Virus record (IMG/VR): IMGVR_UViG_3300006120_000018
Length of the DNA: 64,000 nt
Source of the DNA: an uncultured virus (IMG/VR IMGVR_UViG_3300006120_000018)
Lineage: Duplodnaviria > Heunggongvirae > Uroviricota > Caudoviricetes
Reading direction: 5' to 3' (one strand)
This document shows, piece by piece, positions 49,560-59,199 of the stretch. A model generated the notes under the pieces. That model did not search any database, had not been told where the DNA came from, and worked only from the letters and a program-made list of their open reading frames with translations. The position numbers were made by a program, and so were the translations under genes. Every line of letters starts with the position of its first letter. Position 1 is the stretch's first letter.

Positions 49560-50408
49560 ATGAACAAACCAAAAATTACAAAACCTAAACGTATTAAATC
49601 TGCAAAAAAGGTAGATACTAAGGTTTCTGTAAAAAAATCCTTGGTAAAAGGCGAAAAGAAATTAAAAGAAATCAAACCCCCTAGAAAGAAACAGACTACA
49701 AAAATTGAAGAAGTTGTCAAACCTACTAGAAAGAAAAGAACAAAAAAGGAAGTTGTTGTTGAAGTTAAAAAAGTTCGCAAGAAAAGAACAGCTAAAGTGA
49801 CTCCTATTAAGAATGAAGTTGTAAAGAGTCCAGTTAAAAATAAGCGCAAACCAAAAAAAATTAAAAAAACAAAGATAGTAAAAGAACTTCCGAGAATTTT
49901 GGTTTGTATATTAACAGGGCAAAAGGTTAAAATTGGATATCCTCAATTATTAAAACAATATGTGAAATTAAAATTTGATTCTTTGGAGGATTATCAGCAA
50001 TATTATGTATGTAAAGATGCTAGGAAACTTTTGCTAGAGGGTAAAACAGAATCAGATATTAGAAAACAATATAATTGCAATGATACAACAGTAATACCCT
50101 TTCGTATTTTAAAGTGTTATGCGAAAAAATTTAAAAGTAAAGATTTCATGGAACGGAAAAGAAGAAGAAATCAGCTTAAGGAAATGATGAATAATCGCAG
50201 TAGTATAAGCACATTAGGAAATACAGACAACCATACACAAGAAGTAAAATTCGAAAGTAATTCTATTATGATGGATACTTGTTGGCGACCAAATTTGTAT
50301 CTTGATAATGACCATGCGTGTGATGGTTGTAATTTATTTGAAAAATGTAATTGCAAAATCAAAAAAATATCAAAAAGAGAATTACTAAGGATTAAAAATG
50401 ATAAATGA
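49560..50408 (+). CDS. Lys-rich (histone H1-like N-terminus) protein with C-terminal Cys cluster
   Basis: About 110 aa of K/R/V/T/P low complexity; CWRP..CDGC..CNC. Confidence 0.6.
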   Translation: MNKPKITKPKRIKSAKKVDTKVSVKKSLVKGEKKLKEIKPPRKKQTTKIEEVVKPTRKKRTKKEVVVEVKKVRKKRTAKVTPIKNEVVKSPVKNKRKPKKIKKTKIVKELPRILVCILTGQKVKIGYPQLLKQYVKLKFDSLEDYQQYYVCKDARKLLLEGKTESDIRKQYNCNDTTVIPFRILKCYAKKFKSKDFMERKRRRNQLKEMMNNRSSISTLGNTDNHTQEVKFESNSIMMDTCWRPNLYLDNDHACDGCNLFEKCNCKIKKISKRELLRIKNDK

Positions 50409-51198
50409 TTTAAAAGAATTGCAGGTGTTCAATCGAATTACATATTTTGATAGAGAACATAAATATAAAATTGATGGTAAATCTACTCCACTATCGGTTT
50501 CTGGCCTCATTGAACATTTTAAACCAAAATTTGATGTTGAGTTCTTTGCTGGAAGAACCGCAAAGAATTTAGGTGTAACCAAAGAAGAAGTCATAGAATT
50601 GTGGAATATAAAGAATTTCTTTTCAACACAACAAGGAACGATATTACATTTTTATATTGATAACTATTTTAGAAATCGAGTATATCCTTATGAAGATTTA
50701 CAAAAAGCTAATGCATCCTTTGATAAACCAACAAGAACTAAATTAAACGAGAATTTATACATATTAATACAACAATTTGAAAGTTTCTTTAATGACCATT
50801 CTCATTTATTACCAATAAAAAATGAATTTATATTAGGAGATATTGATGATACTCGAATATGTGGAACTCTGGATTTGTTAGTTTATAATACCAAATTAGA
50901 AGGTTATGAAATTTACGATTTTAAAACCAATCTGCGTTTTGAATCAACTAATAAGAAATATAAAAAATTTTTCAATTCGCCAATATCCCATATTCCAGTA
51001 TGTGAAAATGATTCGTATGCGCTACAAATGTCCTTGTATCAATATATATTAGAAAAATACACTTCATTAAAGATTGTAGGGAATAACGCGGTTTGGTTTA
51101 ACGTTTCTAATGATACATATAAATTGTTTCCCATGAAAGATTATAGGAAAGAAGCTAAAATTATGTTAGAAACTTATCATGCTAATCTTTTAATTTAA
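50398..51198 (+). CDS. PD-(D/E)XK exonuclease
   Basis: SVSGLI, GTILH, GTLDLL, IYDFKTN, YALQMSLY. Confidence 0.8.
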   Translation: MINDLKELQVFNRITYFDREHKYKIDGKSTPLSVSGLIEHFKPKFDVEFFAGRTAKNLGVTKEEVIELWNIKNFFSTQQGTILHFYIDNYFRNRVYPYEDLQKANASFDKPTRTKLNENLYILIQQFESFFNDHSHLLPIKNEFILGDIDDTRICGTLDLLVYNTKLEGYEIYDFKTNLRFESTNKKYKKFFNSPISHIPVCENDSYALQMSLYQYILEKYTSLKIVGNNAVWFNVSNDTYKLFPMKDYRKEAKIMLETYHANLLI

Positions 51199-51517
51199 TT
51201 ATTGTAAAGTATAAAATTAATGTTGAAATGTAACACGGAAACATTTCAACATTTAAATTGAACATGATACTCAATATAAACCCCAAACATACTGGACATG
51301 ATATAAGTTTTATCAGAAATTTAATTATACTACTATCGTATTGTGGGCGTTTTAAGAAAATATATTGGGGAAATGTTAATCCATTAGAATTCTTTAGATA
51401 ATCTATGATAAAGAAATCCAGTTTAAACAACTTTAAATATTCAATAAATGCATCAGTATTGAACCAAATGAATAAAATTGTAGTTATAATGAAAGAATTT
51501 AATGAAAAAAATGGCAT
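51182..51517 (-). CDS. Small membrane protein with CPxC motif
   Basis: Hydrophobic helices; LISCPVCLGFILSI. Confidence 0.5.
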   Translation of the reverse strand: MPFFSLNSFIITTILFIWFNTDAFIEYLKLFKLDFFIIDYLKNSNGLTFPQYIFLKRPQYDSSIIKFLIKLISCPVCLGFILSIMFNLNVEMFPCYISTLILYFTIIKLKD

Positions 51518-51526
51518 ACGGTATAA

Positions 51527-51541
51527 ATAATTATATCAATT
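51527..51541 (+). promoter_or_regulatory. Spacer downstream of a T4-type late promoter (exact TATAAATA at 51522-51529)
   Basis: gTATAAATAattatatcaattATG. Confidence 0.5.
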
Positions 51542-52003
51542 ATGAAATTTGACAACTTATATAAACGAATTTTCGAAGCCAATGAAGCCATTCCATCTGA
51601 TTTTGATGTAGAACCTGCTCCAATCGTTGCAGGGGCTTCTAAGGGCGTTGAGGGAGCTTCTAATGCTGCTTCTGGTGCTGCTGGTGCAAACTCTTTAATG
51701 TCGTATGTAAGCATCGTAGATTCCACTATAGATTCTTTAAACGGAACGACAGAAGATTCTTTACAGAAATTATTGAAAATTCTTGATCGCCCATCTACCC
51801 CATTTGAAGGTATTGCTGAAGAGATGTGGTCGGAAATCAACAGAGCAGCGGATGCCCTTGCTGGTGTGTCTACTATGTTGAAGGCTTACGTAAACTTAAA
51901 TACCGATACTGCAATAACTCCTGAAGTTCCCGCAGTTATGCCAGAAGGAGCACCAGAAGAAAATGGTGAAGAATCTGCTCCTGAAGTTGCACCAAAAGGT
52001 TAA
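51542..52003 (+). CDS. Acidic late protein with capsid-targeting-like N-terminus
   Basis: MKFDNLYKRIFE|A. Confidence 0.65.
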   Translation: MKFDNLYKRIFEANEAIPSDFDVEPAPIVAGASKGVEGASNAASGAAGANSLMSYVSIVDSTIDSLNGTTEDSLQKLLKILDRPSTPFEGIAEEMWSEINRAADALAGVSTMLKAYVNLNTDTAITPEVPAVMPEGAPEENGEESAPEVAPKG

Positions 52004-52006
52004 TAT

Positions 52007-52034
52007 TTGATTTTTTGATTTTTAGTGATATTAT
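52007..52034 (+). promoter_or_regulatory. Sigma70-like promoter of the primase gene
   Basis: TTGATT-N16-TATTAT, 6 nt before ATG. Confidence 0.55.
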
Positions 52035-52040
52035 TCCTAT

Positions 52041-53048
52041 ATGGAAGATATTCCTTCAAATTATATTATACAACAAATATATTCATACTGTAACCGTCCT
52101 ATTTACAAAAAGGCCAGCAATGTATATAATGCGGAGTGTTGCGTTTGTAATGAAGGTAGGAGTAAAGGTAAAAAACGTAGATTGTTTTACTATCCAAAGG
52201 AACATAGTTTATTCTGCTTTAATTGTAATAGACACTGGAAAGATATAGATTGGGTAAAAGAAGTTACGAATAAATCATTTCTTGATATTATTCGAGACAT
52301 CAGATCGTATAATGGGGAAGTTGATTATACTGAAATCAACAAACCACAAACTACAGAGGAAAAGAAATTAATTCTTGATCTACCAGAAGAGTCTATAAAT
52401 TTATGCAATCAAAAAGAGTGTGATTATTACATTAATCAGAATAATGAAGCAAGTTTGGTTGTAAAAAAAGCATTAGAATATTGCACCGAAAGAAGATTGT
52501 TTACTGCAATTAATCGACCAAAAACACTACATATATCAGTAAAGGATTTTATACATAAAAATAGATTGGTAATCCCATTTTATGATAAGGGTGGGAAAGT
52601 TGAATATTACCAGACTCGAACTTTAAATGCTGATGAATACCCAAAATATCTATGTAAGGGAGGAGATAAATGTTTGTTTGGTATGCACAATATAGATTAT
52701 GACATACCTTATCTTTTTCTCTTTGAGGGTCCTATTGATGGAATGTTTGTAAAAAACGGATTAGGAATGGCAGGATTAAACCTAACAGAATCACAGGATA
52801 ATTTCGTCAAACGTTGTATTGGAATGGAATCTATTTATGTTTTCGATAACGACAAGAATAACAAAGAAGTAAAAGACCATATTAAAAGGGTGATAAAAAG
52901 CGGCAAAAGAGTATTTATCTGGCCTAAAGAATTTAAAAACTTCAAGGACGTTAATGAAATTTGTTGTAAATTGCAATTAGATGAATTCCCTTGGAAATAT
53001 ATAGTTGCAAATACTCAACAAGGTATTAAAGCATTGTTGAATATGTGA
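52041..53048 (+). CDS. gp61: DNA primase (T4 gp61-like)
   Basis: CCVCNE..CFNC zinc finger, RLVIPF, FEGPID, VFDND, KDVNE (TOPRIM). Confidence 0.92.
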   Translation: MEDIPSNYIIQQIYSYCNRPIYKKASNVYNAECCVCNEGRSKGKKRRLFYYPKEHSLFCFNCNRHWKDIDWVKEVTNKSFLDIIRDIRSYNGEVDYTEINKPQTTEEKKLILDLPEESINLCNQKECDYYINQNNEASLVVKKALEYCTERRLFTAINRPKTLHISVKDFIHKNRLVIPFYDKGGKVEYYQTRTLNADEYPKYLCKGGDKCLFGMHNIDYDIPYLFLFEGPIDGMFVKNGLGMAGLNLTESQDNFVKRCIGMESIYVFDNDKNNKEVKDHIKRVIKSGKRVFIWPKEFKNFKDVNEICCKLQLDEFPWKYIVANTQQGIKALLNM

Positions 53049-53363
53049 TTATTCTTTGTTTGTTTTTGCTTCAGGTTCTTCAGTATCAATTTCGAAAGAT
53101 TCTTCAGGTTCTGGTTCTACAATAGGGGCATCTTTCATACCATTGATTCTAAATTTTATAGCCTTGACAAATTTTTCCTCTAAATTTTTAACTGGTCTAG
53201 ATTCTCCGTTTTCTTCTACTACTTTCAATCTAGCATATTCTTTGTTTAGTGCTTCAACAAATTCATCACTAAACTTCATTTCTTTTGGGTATATGGTTCT
53301 TGTTATCAACTTCATAGAGGTTGGATAAAAGTTTTCGAATAGTTCGTCAAATTGATTTGTCAT
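53049..53363 (-). CDS. Small late protein
   Basis: MTNQFDELFE|N; TAAATA 5 nt upstream. Confidence 0.6.
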   Translation of the reverse strand: MTNQFDELFENFYPTSMKLITRTIYPKEMKFSDEFVEALNKEYARLKVVEENGESRPVKNLEEKFVKAIKFRINGMKDAPIVEPEPEESFEIDTEEPEAKTNKE

Positions 53364-53371
53364 ATTATTAT

Positions 53372-54688
53372 TTAGGTGAAAATTCCAGCTAATGCCTGTG
53401 CTGCTTGTGCTCCTGCCGCTACTTTATCTGCAATATTACCCGTTGTCTTTATTTGGACAACATAATTTGAAATTGCTTGGTATATTGGAGTGGCTTTGTT
53501 TTTACTATCGTTTACGGTTTTAATATAAGGATCACCAACTATTGGCATTGGATGTGTTTGTGTATTGGCTGGTGTCTCTTCGATAAGATATTTATTCTTT
53601 ATAAACTTTGAAAATGATAATTTTTCTTCCGTTGGTGTTTCTATAGCAGGGGATTCTTCTGTGTTTGGTGTTTCTATCGTTGTTTTTACAGCGGCTGATA
53701 CTGTGTCTTTAGATATAAAATTATTGATACCCTTTAAAAAATTCACATAATCTTTTTTTATTATGTCGTTTGCTGCTGACGTTCCGATACTATTTAAAAT
53801 TGTATTAGGAGAAAGTTTTAGATTTTCTTCTAATGCAACATCTATACCAAAAATTTTAATTTGGCTTTTATACCAATTTATTATACTACTAGAACAATTT
53901 AATAAACTATTGTCTTTTAATGTTGTTTTGGATTTTCCCGTTATATAATCTGTGGGATAAAATAATATGTTATCTACCATATTAAAATCTGTAAATTTTG
54001 CAGTAGTTATTTTATATAGAATGCCTTCCTTTGCTTTGGTTATTCCTATTATTGCATCATATATCGACATTGATTCGTATTGTGACATACCCAAAGCTTC
54101 TAATGAAGCATTTGTGTTTTTAAGTTCGGGGCATATATACTCTGAAGGTTTGTATTGATTGAATAGTTTATTTTGAAATTGTTCAAATTTATTTAAAACG
54201 AATGTTTTGTGGTTTTGTTGTGTCCCATCAATAATACTTTTTATTGATGTGTTATCAGTATATAAATTTCCTAAATATCCTTCTTCTGCTTTTTTTTGTG
54301 AAAATTTCCATAAAACATATCCCAAATCTATAATAGGAAACAAATCTTCTATTGTTGCCTTTTGCGACTTAGGAAGATATGTTTTTGTACCTCCAGCATA
54401 TGCTCTAGCATATCCAAATGCATCTAAAATCGTAATATCATCTGCCAAATCTTTGTTGTTTTTACTGACGATTTCTTTTACGAAATCTTTAAATCCTTTA
54501 GATTCAAAAGGTTTCGGTGGTGTAGATTCGGGGGTATCAGAAGGTGGGTTTGGTGGTGGTTGGGTTGGTTTGGTGTTATTTGCCGCAGGTTGGATATTAT
54601 TCGCAGGAGATTGTGGGGCATTTGGAGCCATCATAGTAGCTTCATTAACCAATAACACACTCTCCACAAATTTACTAAAATTGAACAT
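53372..54688 (-). CDS. Putative internal head protein
   Basis: MFNFSKFVESVLLVNE|A plus internal copy LSFSKFIKNKYLIEE; Pro-rich linkers; TAAATA 6 nt upstream. Confidence 0.55.
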   Translation of the reverse strand: MFNFSKFVESVLLVNEATMMAPNAPQSPANNIQPAANNTKPTQPPPNPPSDTPESTPPKPFESKGFKDFVKEIVSKNNKDLADDITILDAFGYARAYAGGTKTYLPKSQKATIEDLFPIIDLGYVLWKFSQKKAEEGYLGNLYTDNTSIKSIIDGTQQNHKTFVLNKFEQFQNKLFNQYKPSEYICPELKNTNASLEALGMSQYESMSIYDAIIGITKAKEGILYKITTAKFTDFNMVDNILFYPTDYITGKSKTTLKDNSLLNCSSSIINWYKSQIKIFGIDVALEENLKLSPNTILNSIGTSAANDIIKKDYVNFLKGINNFISKDTVSAAVKTTIETPNTEESPAIETPTEEKLSFSKFIKNKYLIEETPANTQTHPMPIVGDPYIKTVNDSKNKATPIYQAISNYVVQIKTTGNIADKVAAGAQAAQALAGIFT

Positions 54689-54790
54689 ATACATTATTTA
54701 TCTATATTTTGAAAATTTGTATGGATTTTATATACAAGGAATATTTCGTCCAAACATACCAAAAAAATAAAATTTTGGTTAAGTAAGTAT

Positions 54791-55666
54791 ATGAATGATA
54801 TTTTCTATGTTTATGCTATACTCGATCCACGAAAATCGGGAAACTATAAATATGGAAATTTTGTATTTTCGTTTGAACCATTTTATATAGGAAAGGGGAA
54901 GGGTGATAGATGTCGTAAGCATTTCACAAAAAAAGTTCTAGCAGAATCCAATTTGCCCGTTCATAATAAAATAAAGAAAATAATGAGAGAAAATTTCATG
55001 CCTGTTGTGATAAAGTTGAAAACTGAATTGTCTGAAACTGCTGCATTAGAATTGGAACGGTTGCTTATTAGTATTATGGGGAAGAGACATTATAATACTG
55101 GTATATTAGAAAATTTAATTGATGGAGGAACCGGATTTTCTGGCTATCATTATAAATTTACCGAGGAACATAAACAAAAAATTAGTAATGCGTTAAAAGG
55201 TAAGAAGAAAAGCGAAGAACATATATTAAATATTAGTAAATCCCATAAAGGGATTCCCAATAATTGGAAGGGGAGAAAACATACAAAAGAAAGTAGATTG
55301 AATATGTCAAAAGCTAGAAAGGGAAAATCTTGGAATGCGATTCACGGAGAAGAAAATTCGAATATCCGAAAAACCAAATCTTCTGAGAGAAGTAAGGGGA
55401 AAAATAATCCATTTTTTGGAAAAAAACATACAGATGAAGTAAAAAAATTTATATCCGAACAAAACAAAAAACTTATAGGAGAACATGCAAGAAATGCAAA
55501 AACATGGATATTCCATTCTCCTGATGGAGATAAATATATAATTAAAGGATCATTTGGAAGATTTTGTAATGAACATGGGTTATCCATAAGTTCTATGAAA
55601 AAAGTGGCAAAAGGTAAACAAAAAACATATAAAAATTGGAGATGTTATGAAGAGAATAAAACCTAA
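54791..55666 (+). CDS. GIY-YIG homing endonuclease with NUMOD3 repeats
   Basis: FYVYAILDPRK..PFYIGKGKGDR; repeats HTKESR..MS, NPFFGKKHTDE. Confidence 0.8.
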   Translation: MNDIFYVYAILDPRKSGNYKYGNFVFSFEPFYIGKGKGDRCRKHFTKKVLAESNLPVHNKIKKIMRENFMPVVIKLKTELSETAALELERLLISIMGKRHYNTGILENLIDGGTGFSGYHYKFTEEHKQKISNALKGKKKSEEHILNISKSHKGIPNNWKGRKHTKESRLNMSKARKGKSWNAIHGEENSNIRKTKSSERSKGKNNPFFGKKHTDEVKKFISEQNKKLIGEHARNAKTWIFHSPDGDKYIIKGSFGRFCNEHGLSISSMKKVAKGKQKTYKNWRCYEENKT

Positions 55667-56108
55667 ATATAAACAAGGAGTGTTCATTTGTAGGAATCCA
55701 CAGAAATATGTAGGAACACATCCCATATTTTTTCGCAGTGGCCTGGAAATGAAATTTATGCGTTGGTTAGACAGGAATCCTAATGTGATTTCTTGGAGTA
55801 GTGAATCTGTAATCATTCCGTATGTTGATCCATTATCTTTACACACTAAAAAGATTAGGAGATATTTTGTAGATAATACAGTAGTTATAAAGGATGCTAC
55901 TGGAACACCTATGAAATATTTGATAGAGATTAAACCTGAAAGCCAAACAAAACCACCAATTTCTAAACGTCATACAAAATCCCTCATAAATCAACAATTA
56001 ACGTATGCCAAAAATCAAGCAAAATGGAAAGCTGCAACGGAATGGTGTGCAAAGAAAGGTGATATTAAATTTATGATAATCACAGAAAAAGATTTGAATA
56101 ACCTTTAA
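55647..56108 (+). CDS. gp4: Head completion nuclease (T4 gp4-like, TnsA fold)
   Basis: NPQKYVG..RSGLE.KFMRWLD..WSSE..IPY..RYFVD..IEIKP..NQAKWKAA..IITE. Confidence 0.9.
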   Translation: MKRIKPKYKQGVFICRNPQKYVGTHPIFFRSGLEMKFMRWLDRNPNVISWSSESVIIPYVDPLSLHTKKIRRYFVDNTVVIKDATGTPMKYLIEIKPESQTKPPISKRHTKSLINQQLTYAKNQAKWKAATEWCAKKGDIKFMIITEKDLNNL

Positions 56109-56866
56109 TTATTTTCTTCTATTTCGTTATATAAATCCATCAGTTTAACTTTGAATCTTTTCCATAATCTATTATCTTTATGGAGAATGTTTAATAGTGG
56201 TTTAAATTCGTTCATATAAGAAGGCAATTCAAGTTCATTGTATTTATCGTATGTTGAATATGGAGCGTTTATGAATATTCTTAATTTAGTCAAAAATCTT
56301 TCTTTATCATTTTTCCATGCAGATTCGCTTTTAAAGATTTCTAAGTTTCTACGTTTTAGTGATTTATATACTTCTTTTATTTTATACATCATTCCTGTTA
56401 ATTGTGCTTCTAATTCTAGTGGTTCTTTGTAGTAATGTTCAGGATTTTTAAGATCAGTAATGGATTTGCCTTTCTCTAATTCCGACACTGCGTTTTTGTA
56501 TTTCTCTGATTGTTTTTTATATCTCTGGATTGCATGTACAGTTTCATGAGATAATATTTCAAATAATGCATCAGCTTTGAGTGTTATTATAAAATCATAG
56601 TTTAGTTCTATTTGTTTTGTGTTTGGGTTGTATATTCCACCAATTTTTTTATTTATTTTTTTAGATATTACAATAGGAATAGATATTTTAGTGTCGTTTT
56701 CTAAATTTGTGGTTGTTATATTTCCTATTCTTTGGTTGTGTTTTACATCTCTTTTTTTTGGGTTATTAACAAAATTATCGACAATATTGTGTATCTGGTT
56801 AATCGTATCATTATCCAGTTTGAAAAATTTAGCCTCTTTAAGAATACGGAATTCTGTAAACGTCAT
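56105..56866 (-). CDS. Zincin-like (HExxH) protein with capsid-targeting-like N-terminus
   Basis: MTFTEFRILKE|A; GGIYNP; LSHETVHAIQ; YYKEPLELEA. Confidence 0.65.
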   Translation of the reverse strand: MTFTEFRILKEAKFFKLDNDTINQIHNIVDNFVNNPKKRDVKHNQRIGNITTTNLENDTKISIPIVISKKINKKIGGIYNPNTKQIELNYDFIITLKADALFEILSHETVHAIQRYKKQSEKYKNAVSELEKGKSITDLKNPEHYYKEPLELEAQLTGMMYKIKEVYKSLKRRNLEIFKSESAWKNDKERFLTKLRIFINAPYSTYDKYNELELPSYMNEFKPLLNILHKDNRLWKRFKVKLMDLYNEIEENN

Positions 56867-56870
56867 AGTA

Positions 56871-57095
56871 TTATTTAAGTGGTTTCTCGAATAATTGGAA
56901 ATCTACCTTATTGTCTGTTATTTTTCCTATTACCAGAACATCATTCCCTGTAGTTTGGTTATATATTAATGCGTATCTATCAACCATTTCTCTTACATAT
57001 AAACTATTATCTTTGAAAATATATCCTTCATTAGATATTATTTCTTCTAGCTTTTTTAGTTTTTCGTTTATATCTTTGAACTTATCTTCGTTCAT
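56871..57095 (-). CDS. Small hypothetical late protein
   Basis: TAAATA 5 nt upstream. Confidence 0.5.
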   Translation of the reverse strand: MNEDKFKDINEKLKKLEEIISNEGYIFKDNSLYVREMVDRYALIYNQTTGNDVLVIGKITDNKVDFQLFEKPLK

Positions 57096-57103
57096 TAAAA
57101 TAT

Positions 57104-57790
57104 TTATGATGGTTGTAGAGAATATCCATCAAAAGGAACTCCTAAGAATACTTCAAATTTTAACATTTTTTCATCCATCCCCCCCGTTTTAGGGCTGCTT
57201 CCTATTCCTAATAACGATGCCATTGCCATACTTGCTTCTCCCAAATGATTCGCAGGACCAACATCACCAACTAACCCTTCTGCTATTTTTCCATTTTTTA
57301 AATTAGTAACTTTAACTTTCGATCCTAACACAATAGGTTTTACCATTTTAAATATTGGACTAGGTAATACAACAAATGGAACCTTCTCTGAATCTAAATA
57401 TCTACGAGGATCATCAGTAGCAAATTCTTTATGTATGTATGAAGTAGTGGATATATAATACCCTGGATATGGATCATTTTTCCCTTGTATTACTGGAACG
57501 CCATTTTTTGTTACTATTCCCCACCAGTTATTAGTATTTCCAGCATTTGATATATAGTCCAAGGTAGGCAATCCTGAACTCTCTGGTGCATAACAACGAG
57601 GACATCCATCAGCATCTATAGTTAATCCAGCAGTAAAACTTAATATGTTGTTTGCTTCATCTAATATCACTGGTTCTCCATCAATTGTTAGTAAAGTCTT
57701 GTTTATGGGAGTATTTAAATTAGAAACAGGAGATTCTATATTTTGCTTATCCACAAATGATTGAATTATTTTTTGTACACATTCCCACAT
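57104..57790 (-). CDS. GH75 (chitosanase-like) glycoside hydrolase; candidate endolysin
   Basis: IDADG, LDSEKVPFVVLP, LG..V.V, VGDVGP..LGEASMAMASLLGI. Confidence 0.7.
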   Translation of the reverse strand: MWECVQKIIQSFVDKQNIESPVSNLNTPINKTLLTIDGEPVILDEANNILSFTAGLTIDADGCPRCYAPESSGLPTLDYISNAGNTNNWWGIVTKNGVPVIQGKNDPYPGYYISTTSYIHKEFATDDPRRYLDSEKVPFVVLPSPIFKMVKPIVLGSKVKVTNLKNGKIAEGLVGDVGPANHLGEASMAMASLLGIGSSPKTGGMDEKMLKFEVFLGVPFDGYSLQPS

Positions 57791-57800
57791 ATATGAATAC

Positions 57801-58346
57801 TTATATAAAAATTCTTAATATTTTAAATCCCACAAACATAGCAAGTAATCCAATAATTATATTTTTCTTAAATATCTCACTATTTTGTTCTTTAATCGTT
57901 GCATCTTTTGCTGCTAAATCCAATATCATTTGGTTTGTGGCTTCTGCTTGTTTCTTTAACTGTGCATTTACATTTTCTACTTGTTCTTGTAAATTCTTCT
58001 TATCTGTTACTAATTGTTCAGATATATTTTTAATTTTTATTAATGCGTTATATTCATCTGATCCAACGACTAATACCTTTTGGTTATTGTATCTAGCAGG
58101 AACAACCAATTTTCTTTCATTGTTTACTATAATAGATTGGATTTTTATTCGATCTATTATACTTGGTGGGGTTACAATCTCGCATATTTGATTTAAATAC
58201 GGATCAACTAAATCCATTCTACCCATCATAAAGGAATCTTTCGTAGCATAAACAGAAACGCTTAATGCTTTAGATTGTTTTTCAGTATAATAATGTCCTG
58301 TGCAAGACATTAATAAAAACGAAAAACCTATTAATAACAATTTCAT
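57801..58346 (-). CDS. Lipoprotein with coiled coil and C-terminal TM helix; candidate spanin
   Basis: MKLLLIGFSFLLMS|C lipobox; heptad-rich middle; IIIGLLAMFVGFKILRIFI. Confidence 0.55.
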   Translation of the reverse strand: MKLLLIGFSFLLMSCTGHYYTEKQSKALSVSVYATKDSFMMGRMDLVDPYLNQICEIVTPPSIIDRIKIQSIIVNNERKLVVPARYNNQKVLVVGSDEYNALIKIKNISEQLVTDKKNLQEQVENVNAQLKKQAEATNQMILDLAAKDATIKEQNSEIFKKNIIIGLLAMFVGFKILRIFI

Positions 58347-58368
58347 TTTAATCTCCTATATATTCCAT

Positions 58369-58614
58369 TTATTTTTTTCTTTTAATGTTCTTCCAAAATG
58401 CTGCACCTGCCACTTTTTTAGCAGTTTCTTTTGATCCATATTCCTTTTCTGCCTTCTTTTCAACTTTCTTAAATGCTTTACCAGCCTTTCCCATATCTTT
58501 TCCTTCCTTTGCTTTTTTAACAGCAGAAGATTTTTGTTTTTTTGTTAATCCTGCGGATGGTTTTTTCTTTGCTTCGGAAATGATCGAGGTATACAATTCG
58601 TTAAATTTGTTCAT
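58369..58614 (-). CDS. Small highly basic protein with capsid-targeting-like N-terminus
   Basis: MNKFNELYTSIISE|AKKKPSAGLTKKQKS... Confidence 0.65.
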   Translation of the reverse strand: MNKFNELYTSIISEAKKKPSAGLTKKQKSSAVKKAKEGKDMGKAGKAFKKVEKKAEKEYGSKETAKKVAGAAFWKNIKRKK

Positions 58615-58670
58615 ATATTATTATTTAATGTTTTTGTTGATTATTTGTATAGTTGTGATAAGATATATCC

Positions 58671-59177
58671 ATGAATATTAAAAAGCTTCTGGAAGAGTTG
58701 GTGCATTATTATGGGTATTCCAGACAAGTCGGACATACAACTGCTATGTGCAAAGGGGCGGAAAATACAGAAAACGGAATAGTAATAACGCATAATCAAA
58801 ATATGAAGAGATATTTGGAAGATTATATTACAAATCCTGATATAAAATATGTTACATTGAATGATATAGAAAGATGTGGTGGGTTGCGTGGATTCGCTAA
58901 ACCAATAATGTTCGATAATGCCGCACTATTTGAAGTGTTAAATTCCGCACTTAACACCATTAAAAATTTAGAAGACACAATATCAGATTATAAATCCACT
59001 GTATTTACAACAAAAACACCACTAGGATTAACTCCAAGATATATTAAAGATTCTGAAAGATTGAAAGAAATAAGTGCCGCGATTTTCCGTTATACTGAAG
59101 TTGGAAAGAAGATTCCTGATGAGTGGATTGAAGAAATGGTAGAATTAAATGAAAGAATTTCATTGACATCCGAATAA
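58671..59177 (+). CDS. Hypothetical protein (degenerate P-loop-like N-terminus)
   Basis: SRQVGHTT; TTGATT-N16-TAAGAT 6 nt upstream. Confidence 0.55.
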   Translation: MNIKKLLEELVHYYGYSRQVGHTTAMCKGAENTENGIVITHNQNMKRYLEDYITNPDIKYVTLNDIERCGGLRGFAKPIMFDNAALFEVLNSALNTIKNLEDTISDYKSTVFTTKTPLGLTPRYIKDSERLKEISAAIFRYTEVGKKIPDEWIEEMVELNERISLTSE

Positions 59178-59199
59178 AAGGTGTTAATATGTAGGAATT

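Noticed and set aside
50398..51198. Cas4 / CRISPR adaptation gene
   Set aside because: PD-(D/E)XK motifs are present but the four-Cys Fe-S pattern and any CRISPR context are missing; ordinary phage exonuclease
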